A program made the position numbers and the translations under genes. Positions 1 to 11,001 of a stretch of 64,000 nt of DNA are shown here, piece after piece. This DNA comes from Squalus acanthias (taxonomy: Eukaryota). Every line of letters begins with the position of its first letter. The first letter of the stretch is position 1. The stretch covers positions 3,348,001 through 3,412,000 of the forward strand of contig CM059432.1 of the NCBI GenBank assembly GCA_030390025.1, written 5' to 3'. The notes beneath the pieces were generated by a model. The model made no database searches, was not told where the DNA came from, and saw only the letters and a list, made by a program, of their open reading frames with translations.

Positions 1-118
1 AGTGGCCAGAATCGGAGGAGCGCAGAGATCTCGGAGGGTTGTAGGGCTGGAGGAGGTTACAGAGATAGGGAGGGGGTGCGAGGCCATGGGAGGGGTTCGA
101 AAACAAGGATGAGAATTT
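1..118 (-). mobile_element. L2 LINE 3' fragment (cut by window edge)
   Basis: Reverse complement matches the L2 3' region repeated through the window (ctatctctgtaacctcctccagccc...ccgagatctctgcgctcctcc). Confidence 0.75.
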
Positions 119-482
119 GCCACATCTGGAAGTGAGATAATTCTTCCTAATGCAGCCACTGAGAAAAAAAAATCTTTATAGCAGACAGACAGTGCACCGA
201 TGCACGGTTGGTTCTACATAATATCCTTCAACCCAGTTCTGTCAGTTCTCTTCTCTAGGCCCCGACCTTCCCAAACTTCAAGAGTACTTGTTGTCTTATC
301 TCCCATGGTGCTTCAGTCCATATCCACAAAAGCAAATTCATTTCAAAAGTTTGGACCAGTTATACTGGCTCTACCAAACAAGGCAGGCTGAACACGCCGG
401 GGATCTTTTTTCTAGAAAGGAGAAGGCTGAGGGGTGACCTGATAGAGGTCTTTAAAATTATGAAGGGGTTCGAAAGGGTAGA

Positions 483-1272
483 CTTTGGTAGGAAGAATAG
501 AAAAACAGAATATTTTTTTAAATGCTGAGAAACTTTCAAATGCTGGTGTTGAGAGAGATTTGGGTGTCCTCGTGCAAGAAACACAGAAAGCTACTATGTA
601 GGTACAGCAAGCAATAAGGAAGGCAAATGGCATGTAGGCCTTTATTGCAAGGGGGTTGGAGTATAAGAGTACGGAAGTCTTGCTACAATTGTACAGGTGT
701 GGTCTCACCAAGCCCTGGAGTACTGTGCACAGGTTTGGTCTCCTTATCTAAGGAAGGATATACTTGCTTTGGAGGCGGTGCAACGAAGGTTCACTGGATT
801 GATTCCTGGGAGGAGAGGGCTGTCCTATGATGAGAGATTGTGTAGAATGGGCCTATACTCTCTGGAGTTTAGAAGAATGAGAGTTAATCCAGTGGAAACA
901 TACAAGATTCTGAAGGGGATTGACAGGATAGATGCGGAGAGGTTGTTTCCCCTGGCTGGAGTGTCTAGAACTAGGGGGCATAGTCTTAGGATAAGGGGTT
1001 GGCCATTTAAGACTGAGATGAGGAGGTATTTCTTCACTCAGAGGGTTGTGAATCTTTGGAATTCGCTGCTCCAGAGGGCTGTGGATGCTGAGTCTTTGAG
1101 TATATTCAAGGCCGAGATAGATAGATTTTTGGACTCTAGGGGAATCAAGGGATATGGGGATCGGGCGGGAAAGTGGAGTTGAGGTCGAAGATCAGCCATG
1201 ATCTTATTGAATGGCGGAGCAGGCTCGAGGGGCCGTATGGCCGACTCCTGCTCCTATTTCTTATGTTCTTAT
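483..1272 (+). mobile_element. CR1 LINE (subfamily A) 5'-truncated copy, ORF2 C-terminus plus 3' UTR
   Basis: ORF 697-1182 has CR1 ORF2 motifs LEYCAQVWSP, LEAVQRRFT, TRGHSL, FFTQRVVNLWNSL; tail ends ctcctatttcttatgttctt. Confidence 0.92.
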
Positions 1273-1517
1273 GACGTTTCCACTTGTGGGGCAATCCAAA
1301 ACTAGGGGCCGTAAATATACAATAGTCACTAATAAACCCAATAGGGAATTCAGGAGAAACTTCTTTACCCAGAGAGTGGTGAGAATGTGAACTCGCTACC
1401 ACAGGGAGTGGTTGAGGCGAATAGCACAGATGCATTTAAGGGGAAGCTGGATAAACACATGAGGGAGAAGGGAACAGAAGGTTATGGTGATGGGGTGAGA
1501 TGAAGAGGGGTGGGAGG

Positions 1518-2060
1518 CAACGTTCGCGCTAATTTTTCTTTTGGCTGCGCGGCCCGTTCAAATTTCCACGCATGCGCGCTTTTTCCATTTAAAAGCCGGT
1601 GAGCGGCCTACGCGAGACCGCCAGAGTGCTGCGTGGCCGTGTAGCTTAAAAAGAAAGACAGACTTGCATTTATATAGCGCCTTTCACGACCACCGGACGT
1701 CCCAAAGCGCTTTACAGCCAATGAAGTACTTTTTGAAGTGTAGTCACTGTTGTAATGCAGGAAACGCAGCAGCCAAATTGCGCACAGCAAGCTCCCACAA
1801 ACAGCAATGTGATAATGACCAGATAATCTGTTTTAGTGATGGTTGATTGAGGGATAAATATTGGCCCCGGGACACCGGGGAGAACTCCCCCTGCTGTTCT
1901 TCGAAATAGTGGCCGTGGGATATTTTACGTCCACCTGAGGGAGCAGACGGGGCCTCGGTTTAACGTCTCATCCGAAAGACGGCACCTCCGACAGTGCAGC
2001 ACTCCCTCACTGGGAGTGTCAGCCTAGATTATCGACTCAAGTCTCTGGAGTGGGACTCTG
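1518..2060. mobile_element. hAT-type MITE (CARTGTTCCCT-ended family) with a Deu-SINE nested in its right end
   Basis: Perfect 8-bp TSD gtgggagg (1510-1517 and 2061-2068); body similar to 36546-36693. Confidence 0.7.
1649..2056 (-). mobile_element. tRNA-derived Deu-SINE (SacSINE1-like) with L2-type tail, 5'-truncated
   Basis: Reverse complement matches the full copy at 11784-12255. Confidence 0.85.
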
Positions 2061-2617
2061 GTGGGAGGAGGCTGCTGTGGAGCAGAAACACCGGCACAGA
2101 CCAGTTGGGCCGAATGGCCTGTTTCCGTGCTGTAAATCGTATCTAATTATACTGGGTCCACCAAACTATATTAACAGAATGTGTGCGCATCACTCCAGAC
2201 TCAACTGCCCAAAAATCAATGACACAACTATTAATGTGTAACGGATACAGGTTCTTCCAATTAAGACAAACAGGTCCCAGCAAATAATTCTGGTCTTTGC
2301 CAAATCAAGATCAAATCATCCTGATAGCCACAACCTGTGACCTGTGACTGTTAGTTAATGCCAGTTTTCTTGTTCGGTAAGTGCACAGCCAGCAACAGAA
2401 AGATAAATCATACAAGAGGGGAAAACATGATTTAAACAAAATCTCAAATAAAAAGGAAATCACTTTTTTAAAATATATTAAAAAAAGATAGCCAACCATT
2501 GGCCATTTGCTTCGAGCACTAGATTACAACTGAGCTAAGCCAGGGTAGATGCGAACTGCGGCCTTTGAGCCAGGTGCAGCTTCCGAAGCCGAGGCAATTC
2601 AGTCCCCAAGTGCCCGT

Positions 2618-3246
2618 CATCGAATCTTACAGCACAGAATGAGTCCATTCGGCCCATCGTGCCTGTGCCGGCTCTTTGGTAGAGCGATCCAATTAATCTC
2701 ACACCCCCCCCCCCCCCCCCCCCCACCCATCCTGCTCGTTCCCCATAGCCCTGTTTCCTTTCCAGTATTTATCCAATTCCCTTTTGAAAAGGTCACTGTT
2801 GAATCTGCTTCCACCGCCCTTTCAGACAGCGCATTGCAGATCACAACTCGCTGCGTGAAAAACAAACATTCTCCTCATCTCCCCCTCTGGTCCCTTTGCC
2901 AATCACCTTAAATCTGTGTCCTCTGGTTGCCGACCTTTCTGCCACTGGACACAGTTTCTCCTTATTTACTCTCATCAAAACTCATGATTTTGAACGCCTC
3001 TATTAAATCTCCCCTTAACCTTCTCTGCTCTGAGGGGGAACAACCCCAGCTTCTCCAGTCTCTCCACGTCACTGAAGTCCCTCATCCCCGGTACCGTTCT
3101 AATAAATCTCCTCGGCACCCTCTCTCCAGAGCCTTGACATCCTTCCTAAGAAGTGCGGTGCCCAGAATTGAGCACAATACTCCGGCTGAGGCCCAAGCAG
3201 TGATTTATAAAAGGTTTAGCATAACTTCCTTGCTTTTGTATTCTAT
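2618..3246 (-). mobile_element. CR1 3' fragment, degenerate
   Basis: Minus-strand translations IEYKSKEVMLNL and FFTQRVVICNALSERAVEADS. Confidence 0.85.
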
Positions 3247-3477
3247 TCGTCCTGTTTTTGCACTGTGCGCGCCTGGAGGTTTCAAAGGGCAGAGTTGCCT
3301 CATTGATGAATAAATCCGAACCAGGACACCAGGGTCTGTCAGTAGCAGCAATTTGAGAAATGTGTCACAATTAATTGGAACATGGATTAACCCTTTATAT
3401 TGCCAAGGGAACTGATGCAGTAAATAAGGAGAAACTGTTTCCACTGGGCAAGAGGGTCGTTAACCAGAGGACACAGA

Positions 3478-3784
3478 ATCCCCACAGTGCAGATAGAGGC
3501 CATTTCGGCCCATCGAGCCTGCACCGACACATATCCCACCCTATCCCCGTAACCCCACGTATTTAATCCCCCCTAACACTAAGGGTCAATTTATCATAGC
3601 CAAATCAACCTAACCCGTACATCTTTGGACTGTGGGAGGAAACCGGAGCACCCGGAGGAAACCCACGCAGACACGGGGAGAATGTGCAAACTCCACACAG
3701 ACAGTCACCCGAGGCCGGATTCGAACCCGGGTCCCTGGCGCTGTGAGGCAACAGTGCTAACCACTATGCCACCGTGTTGCCCAT
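3478..3784 (-). mobile_element. HE1-type V-SINE, full length, single original tail
   Basis: tRNA head (A box tggcatagtgg, B box ggttcgaatcc), V-domain gtgtggagtttgcacattctccccgtgtctgcgtgggtttcctccggg; TSD gacacaga (3470-3477, 3785-3792) inside a CR1 fragment. Confidence 0.9.
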
Positions 3785-3979
3785 GACACAGATTAAAGGT
3801 GATTGGCAAAAGAACCAAGAGAGGGAGACGAGGAGAAATATTTTTACACAGTTCGCAAATCAAAAACTACATAAACATCATGAATCTTGCATTCAAAAAA
3901 TCACTGTATCTGACCCAAAAAAAAAAGCATTTAGTGCTAATGGGTCTCCTGTGGGGCATCTCTCACTGTAAATTGGTAA

Positions 3980-4520
3980 AACAGCACAGAAACAGGCCAT
4001 TCGGCCCAACTGGTCCGTGCTCCACACGAGCCTCCTCCCACCCCTCTTCATCTCGCCCCATCACCATAACCTTCTATTCCTTTCTCCCTCATGGATTTAA
4101 TCCAACTTCCCCATAAATGCATCTATACTATTGGCCTCAACCACGCCCTGTGGTAGCGAGTTCCACATTCTCACCACTCTCTGGGTAAAGAAGTTTCTCC
4201 TGAATTCCCTATTGGATTTATTAGTGACCAGCTTATATTTATGGCCCCTAGTTTTGGACTCTTTCCTCCTCCCCCACTCACAATTGGAAACATCTTCTCT
4301 ACGTCTGCCCTATCGAAGCCCCTTTCACAATTCTAGGCACAAAAGACATCAAGGGGTATGGGGAGAGAGCGGGAATATGGTACTGAGATAGAGGATCAGC
4401 CATGATCATACTGAATGGCGGAGCAGGCTCGAAGGGCCGAATGGCCGACTCCTGCTCCTATTTTTCTATGTTTCTATCTTGAAGACCTCGATCAGGTCAC
4501 CCCTCAGCCTTCTCTTTTCT
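3980..4520 (-). mobile_element. CR1-B 3' fragment with a plus-strand CR1 tail (about 4331-4475) nested in it
   Basis: Reverse complement of the CR1-B tail; internal gatcagccatgatc...ctcctgctcctattt tail on the plus strand. Confidence 0.75.
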
Positions 4521-4829
4521 GTATTAAGACGTCGAGACCGTACAGCACAATGGTCGCACCATGCAAGGGGAGCAGCTGTAGCGCAGGGATTCACTGCTGT
4601 CGATGGGCATGTTTTGGCGTGAACTGAAGGACATTTTCCACTGCTGGGGCGAACGATTCCTCTCTAATCCGGAAATAACTGGCTTCATTTCTCCCTGGTT
4701 TACTTATTTAAAAAGTGCGGCAGCAATTTGCATGCGTAAAGTATAACAGACGCGTTTCAAAATATTTAGATACCAACGGATCTCCTGTGGGCCGACTCAT
4801 GAATGGTGTGGAGGTCTGGAGCCCGAGGA

Positions 4830-5425
4830 GCATAGGAACAGGAGACCCCCACCATTCGGCCCCTCGAGCCTGTTCCGCCATTCACTTAGATCACGGCTGA
4901 TCCGTATCTTAACGCTACCTGCCCACCTTGGTTCCGTAACCCTTTATACTCTTACCCAACAAAAATCTATCAATCTCGGTTTTGAAATTTTCAATTGACA
5001 CACCCCCCCCCCCCCCCCCCCCCCCCACCACCACCTCAACAGCTTTTTGGGGGAGAGAGTTCTAGATTTCCGTTCCCCTTTGTGTGAAGAAGTGCTTCCT
5101 GACATCACCCCTGAACAGCCCAGCTCTTATTTTAAGGTTGTGCCCCCCCCCTTGTTCTGGACTCCCCCCACCAGTGGAAATAGCTTCTCTCTCTAAGAAC
5201 ATAAGAGATAAGAGCAGGAGTCGGCCATTCGGCCCCTCGAGCCTGCTCCGCCATTCAATAAGATCATGGCTGATCTTCGACCTCAACTCCACTTTCCCGC
5301 CCGATCCCCATATCCCTCGATTCCCCTCGACTCCAAAAAATCTATCGATCTCAACCTTGAATATACTCAACGACTCAGCATCCACAGCCCTCTCGGGCAG
5401 AGAATTCCAAAGATTCACCACCCTC
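4830..5425 (-). mobile_element. Two adjacent CR1 3' fragments
   Basis: ORF 5062-5430 contains RVVNLWNSLPERAV and GHNLKIRAGLFRGDVRKHFFTQR; two tails present. Confidence 0.8.
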
Positions 5426-5639
5426 ATCAACTCCTTTGACCATCTCTCAAGCTACATTTTCAAGTGTGCTGTTCTTTGCAAAGCATGATCCAATGGACAA
5501 GACACCAGATGCAATTCAGTTATACAGACGTATAAACTGCAAATGTCAACAGCAATATAAAATGAAGTGCAATTTCAACGATGGGATTAACCTGGCTCCT
5601 TGGCTCCTCTTACTCCCCAATTAACAGCTCATTTCAATA

Positions 5640-6222
5640 TTTTTGAAACTGTTTGGATGGAATACATTCCAGATCATAAAAAAAAAAATTGCTCCTCATC
5701 TTCCCCTCTGGCTCTTGTGCCAATTATCTTACATTCTTCAAACATTTTTTGTTTTGAAGCCACGTTTCTTTAGCTGCGCAGTGTTGCAGGTGCGTTCAGA
5801 GTAAAACTGGGTACAATCAAGGAAGCTGGGAAAGGGGGTGTGTGATACCGGCCGTGGAGTTCTTCCTTCCCCGGCCCGTCCACTAATAGTGACGTATGAT
5901 TTGAATAATCTGTAAACTCCCAGTTCTGACAGTAGAAGGCTGGTCGTGAAGTCATCTACATAGCGTGGATGGTTCACAATGGGTTGGTGAGACCTCTTTA
6001 CCCAGAGAGTGGTGAGAATGTGGAACTCGCTACCACGGGGAGTGGTTGAGGCGAACAGCATTTAAGGGGAAGCTTGATAAACACACGAGGGAGAAAGGAA
6101 TAGAAGGATCTGCTGATGGGGTGAGATGAAGTAGGGGTGGGAGGAGGCTGGTGTGGAGCATAAACACCGGCACGGACCAGTTGGGCCGAATGGCCTGTTT
6201 CTGTGCTGTAAGTTCTATGTAA
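5640..6222 (+). other. Composite: reversed CR1 fragment + ~245-bp unidentified core (about 5750-5994) + CR1-B 3' end
   Basis: Same three parts and both junctions recur inverted at 51455-52225. Confidence 0.8.
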
Positions 6223-6384
6223 ACGGTCTCATTGCAGAATCCTCTGCAGACCATGTCTGGATTTGATATTTTCCAAAAATTTAATTCAGAATTTCATCAG
6301 AACCATCTGCTACATCTGTGTTGTGACAATTAAATTCTGTACATTGCACGGTTTCTAAACCTGGAAATAAAAGCTACAGAGCTA

Positions 6385-7138
6385 CCCTCCCTGGCCACTG
6401 TCTGAGGCTGAACCAGACTCTTCGCAACCTCGGCGTCCTACTTGACCCAGAGGAGCACTTCCAGCCTCATATCCTCTCCATCACCAAGACCGCCTACTTC
6501 CACCGCTAACATCGCCCGTCTCCGCCCCTGCCTCAGCCCATCCGCTGCTGAAACCCTCATCCGTGCCTTTGTTACCTCCAGACCCGACTCTTCCAACGCA
6601 CTCCTGGCCGGCCTTGCACCCTCCGTAATCTTGAGTTCATCCAAAACTTGACTGCCCGTGTCCGAACTCGCACCAAGTCCCGTTCACCCATCACCCCCTG
6701 TGCGCGCTGACCTACACTGGCTCCCGGTTAAGCAGCGCCTCGATTTAAAAATTCTCATCCTTGTTTTCAAATCCCTCCATGGCCTCGCCCCCTCCCTATC
6801 TCTGTAATCTCCTTCAGCCCCACAACCTCTCCCCCCCCCCCCCCGCCACCAGAGATCTCTGCGCTCCTCCAATTCTGGCCTTTTGAGTATCCCCGATTTT
6901 CATCCCCCCACCATTGGTGGCCGTGCTTTCAGCTGCCGAGGCCCTAAGCTCTGGAATCCCACCTCTCTCTCTTTCCTCCTTTAAGACGCTCATTAAAACT
7001 CTTTGACCAAGCTTTTGGTCACCTGTCCTAATATCTCATGTGGCTCGGTGTCAAACTCTGTTCAATAACGCTTCTTTGAAGCGCCTTGGGACATTTTATT
7101 AAGTTAAAGGTGTTATAGAAAGGCAGGTTTTTGTTGTT
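6385..7138 (+). mobile_element. L2 LINE 3' ~750 bp
   Basis: L2 ORF2 motif NIARLRPCLSPSAAETLIRAFVTSRPDSSNALLAGL; ends in a (gtt)n tail. Confidence 0.88.
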
Positions 7139-7329
7139 GGACAGCAAGACAAGTGGAATCACTGATCACCCATCACAACAATAATAAAAGGATTAGTATT
7201 AGGAGGGGGTTGCTGCCCGAGCAGCTGGCTCTCGGTTGGTTAACCGGGTGACAGAGACCTTCAGTTGCACTCATGGATGTTGATCTCGTTTCAGTGCAAG
7301 TAGTAACTGGTTGACAATAACTGAAGACA

Positions 7330-7558
7330 TCCCAGCAAGCTCCCACAAACAGCAATGAGAATTTTTTTTTATTTTTTTAAAAGTGATGTTGGTTTAACAT
7401 CTCATCCGAAAGACGGCACCTCCAACAGTGCAGCACTCCACTGGAGTGTCAGCCTGGATTTTTTGTGCTCGAGCCTCTGGAGTGGGACTTGAACCCACAA
7501 CCTTCTGACTCGGAGGCGAGAGAGAGAGCGAGCGAGCGACCCACTGAGCCAGGGCTCA
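7330..7558 (-). mobile_element. Deu-SINE, internally deleted
   Basis: Head (gtgggacttgaacccacaaccttctgactc) and body segments match 11784-12255. Confidence 0.75.
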
Positions 7559-7827
7559 CAGCAAGATACCTGAACCAAATTGGAAATCAGCAACTGTATC
7601 CTTGTGCACTTTATGCGTAAGCGCACCTTTGTGTTCTGGCTCATTGTGCAACCAGTTTTCTTCTAGGAATCGTGCCAAATACAATAAATAGTTTGCGGCT
7701 TCATTCACCTCATCAATAAGCAATCTGTCAAAGACCAGCTGCAATAGCCTCACCTTTGCACGAAACTATTGATGCCAACTACAATGGGCAACGCAGCGAC
7801 GCTGGCAATCACTGACATACTCCAGTG

Positions 7828-8208
7828 GAGAGTTGCCAACCATCCAGGATTGCCTTGGAGTCTCCAGGAATTAACGGCTAGTCTCCAGGACACTGCTCCG
7901 AGCAACACCCGAGGAGAAAATTCAGAGGCAATGAGCGTTTTTTAAAAAAAACTTTGTGAACACTTTTGTTTACTTGTCAGAAAAATATTGGACGTGTGGT
8001 GGGGGGAGGGGCCGTTTGACTGACAGTCAAGAATCACCCAATCGGGTAATGAAGAGTCTGTTCGCTTTCCGATTGGCTGTGGGAAGGCGGGGTGCCGTGT
8101 GGACGGACGTCTCGGGCGACCAATGGCGGGAGAGAGTGGGGGGCGGGGCGGTTGGAGGTCATGTGGTGACCCCTCCCGGAATATGGCCAACGAGAGTTGG
8201 CAACCCGA
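7828..8208. mobile_element. Non-autonomous DNA transposon (MITE) with GGGTTGCCAAC-type TIRs
   Basis: gagagttgccaac (7828-7840) and gttggcaacccga (8196-8208) are inverted; related copies elsewhere in the window; no TSD visible. Confidence 0.7.
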
Positions 8209-8444
8209 TTCCGAGCATCCCATTGAGAACACTGATGTTCCGAAGGCCACTTCCAGCACAGCTGCCCAATGAAGCAAGGCACACAACTGTTCAAACAGAG
8301 AATGCTACTGTAATTAAGGGCTGCATCCAGAATGGAGATAGTACCGCACCTGTGCCAGCGAGTTGGCAATGCTGTTTCAGTATCGCCAAGAACTGAACCA
8401 ACAGTTTTCTGGACATCATGCCTTTTTGCATTTTCCATCGCTCT

Positions 8445-8951
8445 GCCACAAGTACAAATAATTATTGAAAAGGCTAATGGAATGTTGCCCTTTATCTCAT
8501 GAGGGCAGGAATACAAAGGGGTGGAGGTTCTGCTACAACTGTATAAAAAGCTCTGGTCAGACCCAGTCTGGAGTGACTGGGTTCAGTTCTGGGCACCGCA
8601 CCTCAGGAAGGATATATCGGCCTTGGAGGGGGAGCAGCGCAGATTCACCAGAATGATACCGGGGCTAAAAGGGTTAAATTATGAGGACAGGCTGCACAGA
8701 CTGGGCTTGTATTCCTTTGAGCATCAAAGAGTTAGAAGAGGTGATCCAATTGAGGTTTTTAAGATGATTAATGGAATAGACAGGGTAGAGAGAGAGAGAA
8801 ACTATTTCCTCTGGTGTGAGGGGGAGTCCAGAACAAGGGGGCATAACTTTAAAATTAGAGCCAGGCTGTTCAGGGGTGATGTCAGGAAGCACTTCTTCAC
8901 ACAAAGGGTGGTGGAAATCTGGAACTCTCTCCCTCAAAAGGTTGTTGAGGC

Positions 8952-8994
<43 letters not shown>

Positions 8995-9150
8995 CAATTG
9001 AAAATTTCAAAACTGAGATTGATCGATTTTTGTTGGGTAAGGGTATTAAGGGTGACGGAACCAAGGCGGGTAGATGGAGTTAAGATACAGATCAGCCACG
9101 ATCTAACTGAATGGCGGATTTAGCTCGAGTGGCTGAATGGCCTTGTCCTA
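8445..9150 (+). mobile_element. CR1 3' fragment with internal poly-G
   Basis: ORF 8521-9123: EVLLQLYK, VQFWAPHLRKDI, TRGHNFK, FFTQRVVEIWNSLP. Confidence 0.9.
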
Positions 9151-9465
9151 TTCTAGAGCACTACTTGAAATTAAACCATAACAGGGGGACCAGGCTACTA
9201 ACTGGCAAAGGGAAAGACCTAAAGACAGTAATACTGTGTGTGAAGAAGCACTTCCAAATATCTGCAATGGTCTTCTGGATAAGGTAGTGGAGGCAAAGAA
9301 AATGGTGGAACCACCCAAGAAACAGCAATAGAGAATCAGAGAATGATACAGCATAGAAGGATGCCACACAGCTGTAATTTAATTGGGGAGTGGGAAGAAA
9401 CGGTAGGCTTCAATGGAAGGGTAAGAGTTAGCTGGGCAGAATGGAATCCCTCAGCTGTGCTGTTT

Positions 9466-9780
9466 TTTCATTCATTCACGGGGATGTGGGCGTCGCTGGC
9501 AAGGCCCAGCATTTATTGCCCATCCCTAATTGCCCTTCGAGAAGGTGGTGGTGAGCCGCCTTCTTGAACCGCTGCAGTCCGTGTGGTGAAGGTACTCCCA
9601 CAGCGCTGTTAGGGAGGGAGTTCCAGGACTTTGACTCAACTCGATGACGATGAAGGAACGGCCAAGTCAGAGTGGTGTGTGACTTGGAGGAGAACTTGGA
9701 GGTGGTGGTGTTCCATGCGCCTGCTGCCCTTGTCCTTCTAGGTGGTAGAGGTCGCGGGTTTGGGAGGTGCTGCCGAAGAA
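9466..9780 (-). mobile_element. 3' end of a second CR1-group LINE family
   Basis: Reverse complement matches 35499-35985 and 58253-58812. Confidence 0.8.
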
Positions 9781-10021
9781 TATTAAGTGGGGGGTGGAAA
9801 TTACATTACAGTTTCATAAAGCTTTGGTTAGACCCCATCTGGAGTGATATTTCCTGGGCGATATAATCTGTTGAAATAACCCTTTGGTTACAAAGTGCTT
9901 TCAAGAGTCCAGAGGACATGAGAGAAGATGACATTATATGAATGCAATCCTTCTTTATGTACAACCTTCCGGAGAGAGATCGAGCCCCTATTTAAAATCA
10001 GTGGAGGAGAAGTTTTCTCCA

Positions 10022-10270
10022 GTTTTAAGATAATTGGCAAAAGAACCAGAGGGGGAGATGAGGAGAATTTTTTTACGCAGCGAGTTGTTGTGATCTGGAA
10101 CGCGCTGCCTGAAAGGGCGGTGGGAGCAGATTCAATAGTAACTTTCAAAAGGGGAATTGGATAAATACTGGAAAAGGAAATACATTTTCAGGGCTGTGGG
10201 GAAAGGGACTAATTGGAGAGCTCTTTCAAAGACACGATGGGTCGATTGGCCTCCTTCTGTGCTGTTATCA
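10022..10270 (+). mobile_element. CR1 3' fragment
   Basis: Translation FKIIGKRTRG...FFTQRVVVIWNALPERAV. Confidence 0.8.
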
Positions 10271-11001
10271 TTCGAAGAATTACTGCCTGCCTCTAAAATA
10301 CATAAAGTCACGCAAAGCTCAACAGTCAAGCAAAGCTCCACAGCATCTTCCTCATCGCTCCAGTGCCAACACAAAAAAACCAGCTGAGCGCCATCACAGG
10401 CCACGGTATCAGAGCATCCAACCACTTTGCAACAAAAAATGTTTTCTTTTCTGCGGCCTTGTAACAGCTGTTTCACAACAGCGACAAGACATCTCACAGC
10501 GGTGCAAAGGTCGTCCTTTAAAAAACAAGTCTAGCTGCTCTCCGACTCGTCTGGCCGCTGCCAGGCTCGGTGAACTCAACTCAACCTGCTCACTCCCGCT
10601 GTGCAGATTCGGCCGCATCACCCCCCCGCCCCCCGCCATCGACCACCGGGTGTTCCTGTCGCGTGGGTGCACACACACACACGACAAAAATGCGGAGGTA
10701 AGGGAAAAGAACCAGGGTAATTCTGAACATTGAATCCAGGTTGTTTCCCCCCCTCCCCACCCCACCCCCCCCGACAAGGTAGAATGTACAAGAGCAAGTC
10801 AAACTAAACAAAAAAGGCAAGTTAAATAAGGTTGCTACAGTCAATGTGAATCACCAAGGAGAATGAATCTCTGTGCTGCAGGTAATTTGATTAATTTCTT
10901 TGGCACTGCCACATTCCCGGGGGGGGGGGGGGGGGGGGGGGGAGACGAGACGACATTTCTTTTTCTTTTATAAAACACAGCGAGTTGTTGTGATCTGGAA
11001 T

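Larger units (their letters stand above)
388..2140 (+). mobile_element. CR1 subfamily B 3' fragment, interrupted by a CR1-A copy (483-1272) and a hAT MITE (1518-2060)
   Basis: Pieces 388-482, 1273-1517 and 2061-2140 join into the same CR1 3' end seen at 21375-21558 and 55846-56180. Confidence 0.7.

Noticed and set aside
7556..7753. 65-aa protein-like minus-strand ORF ending near a CAG|GTATC donor-like site
   Set aside because: No recognisable family, no convincing acceptor, no partner exons; only homology search or RNA-seq could rescue it.
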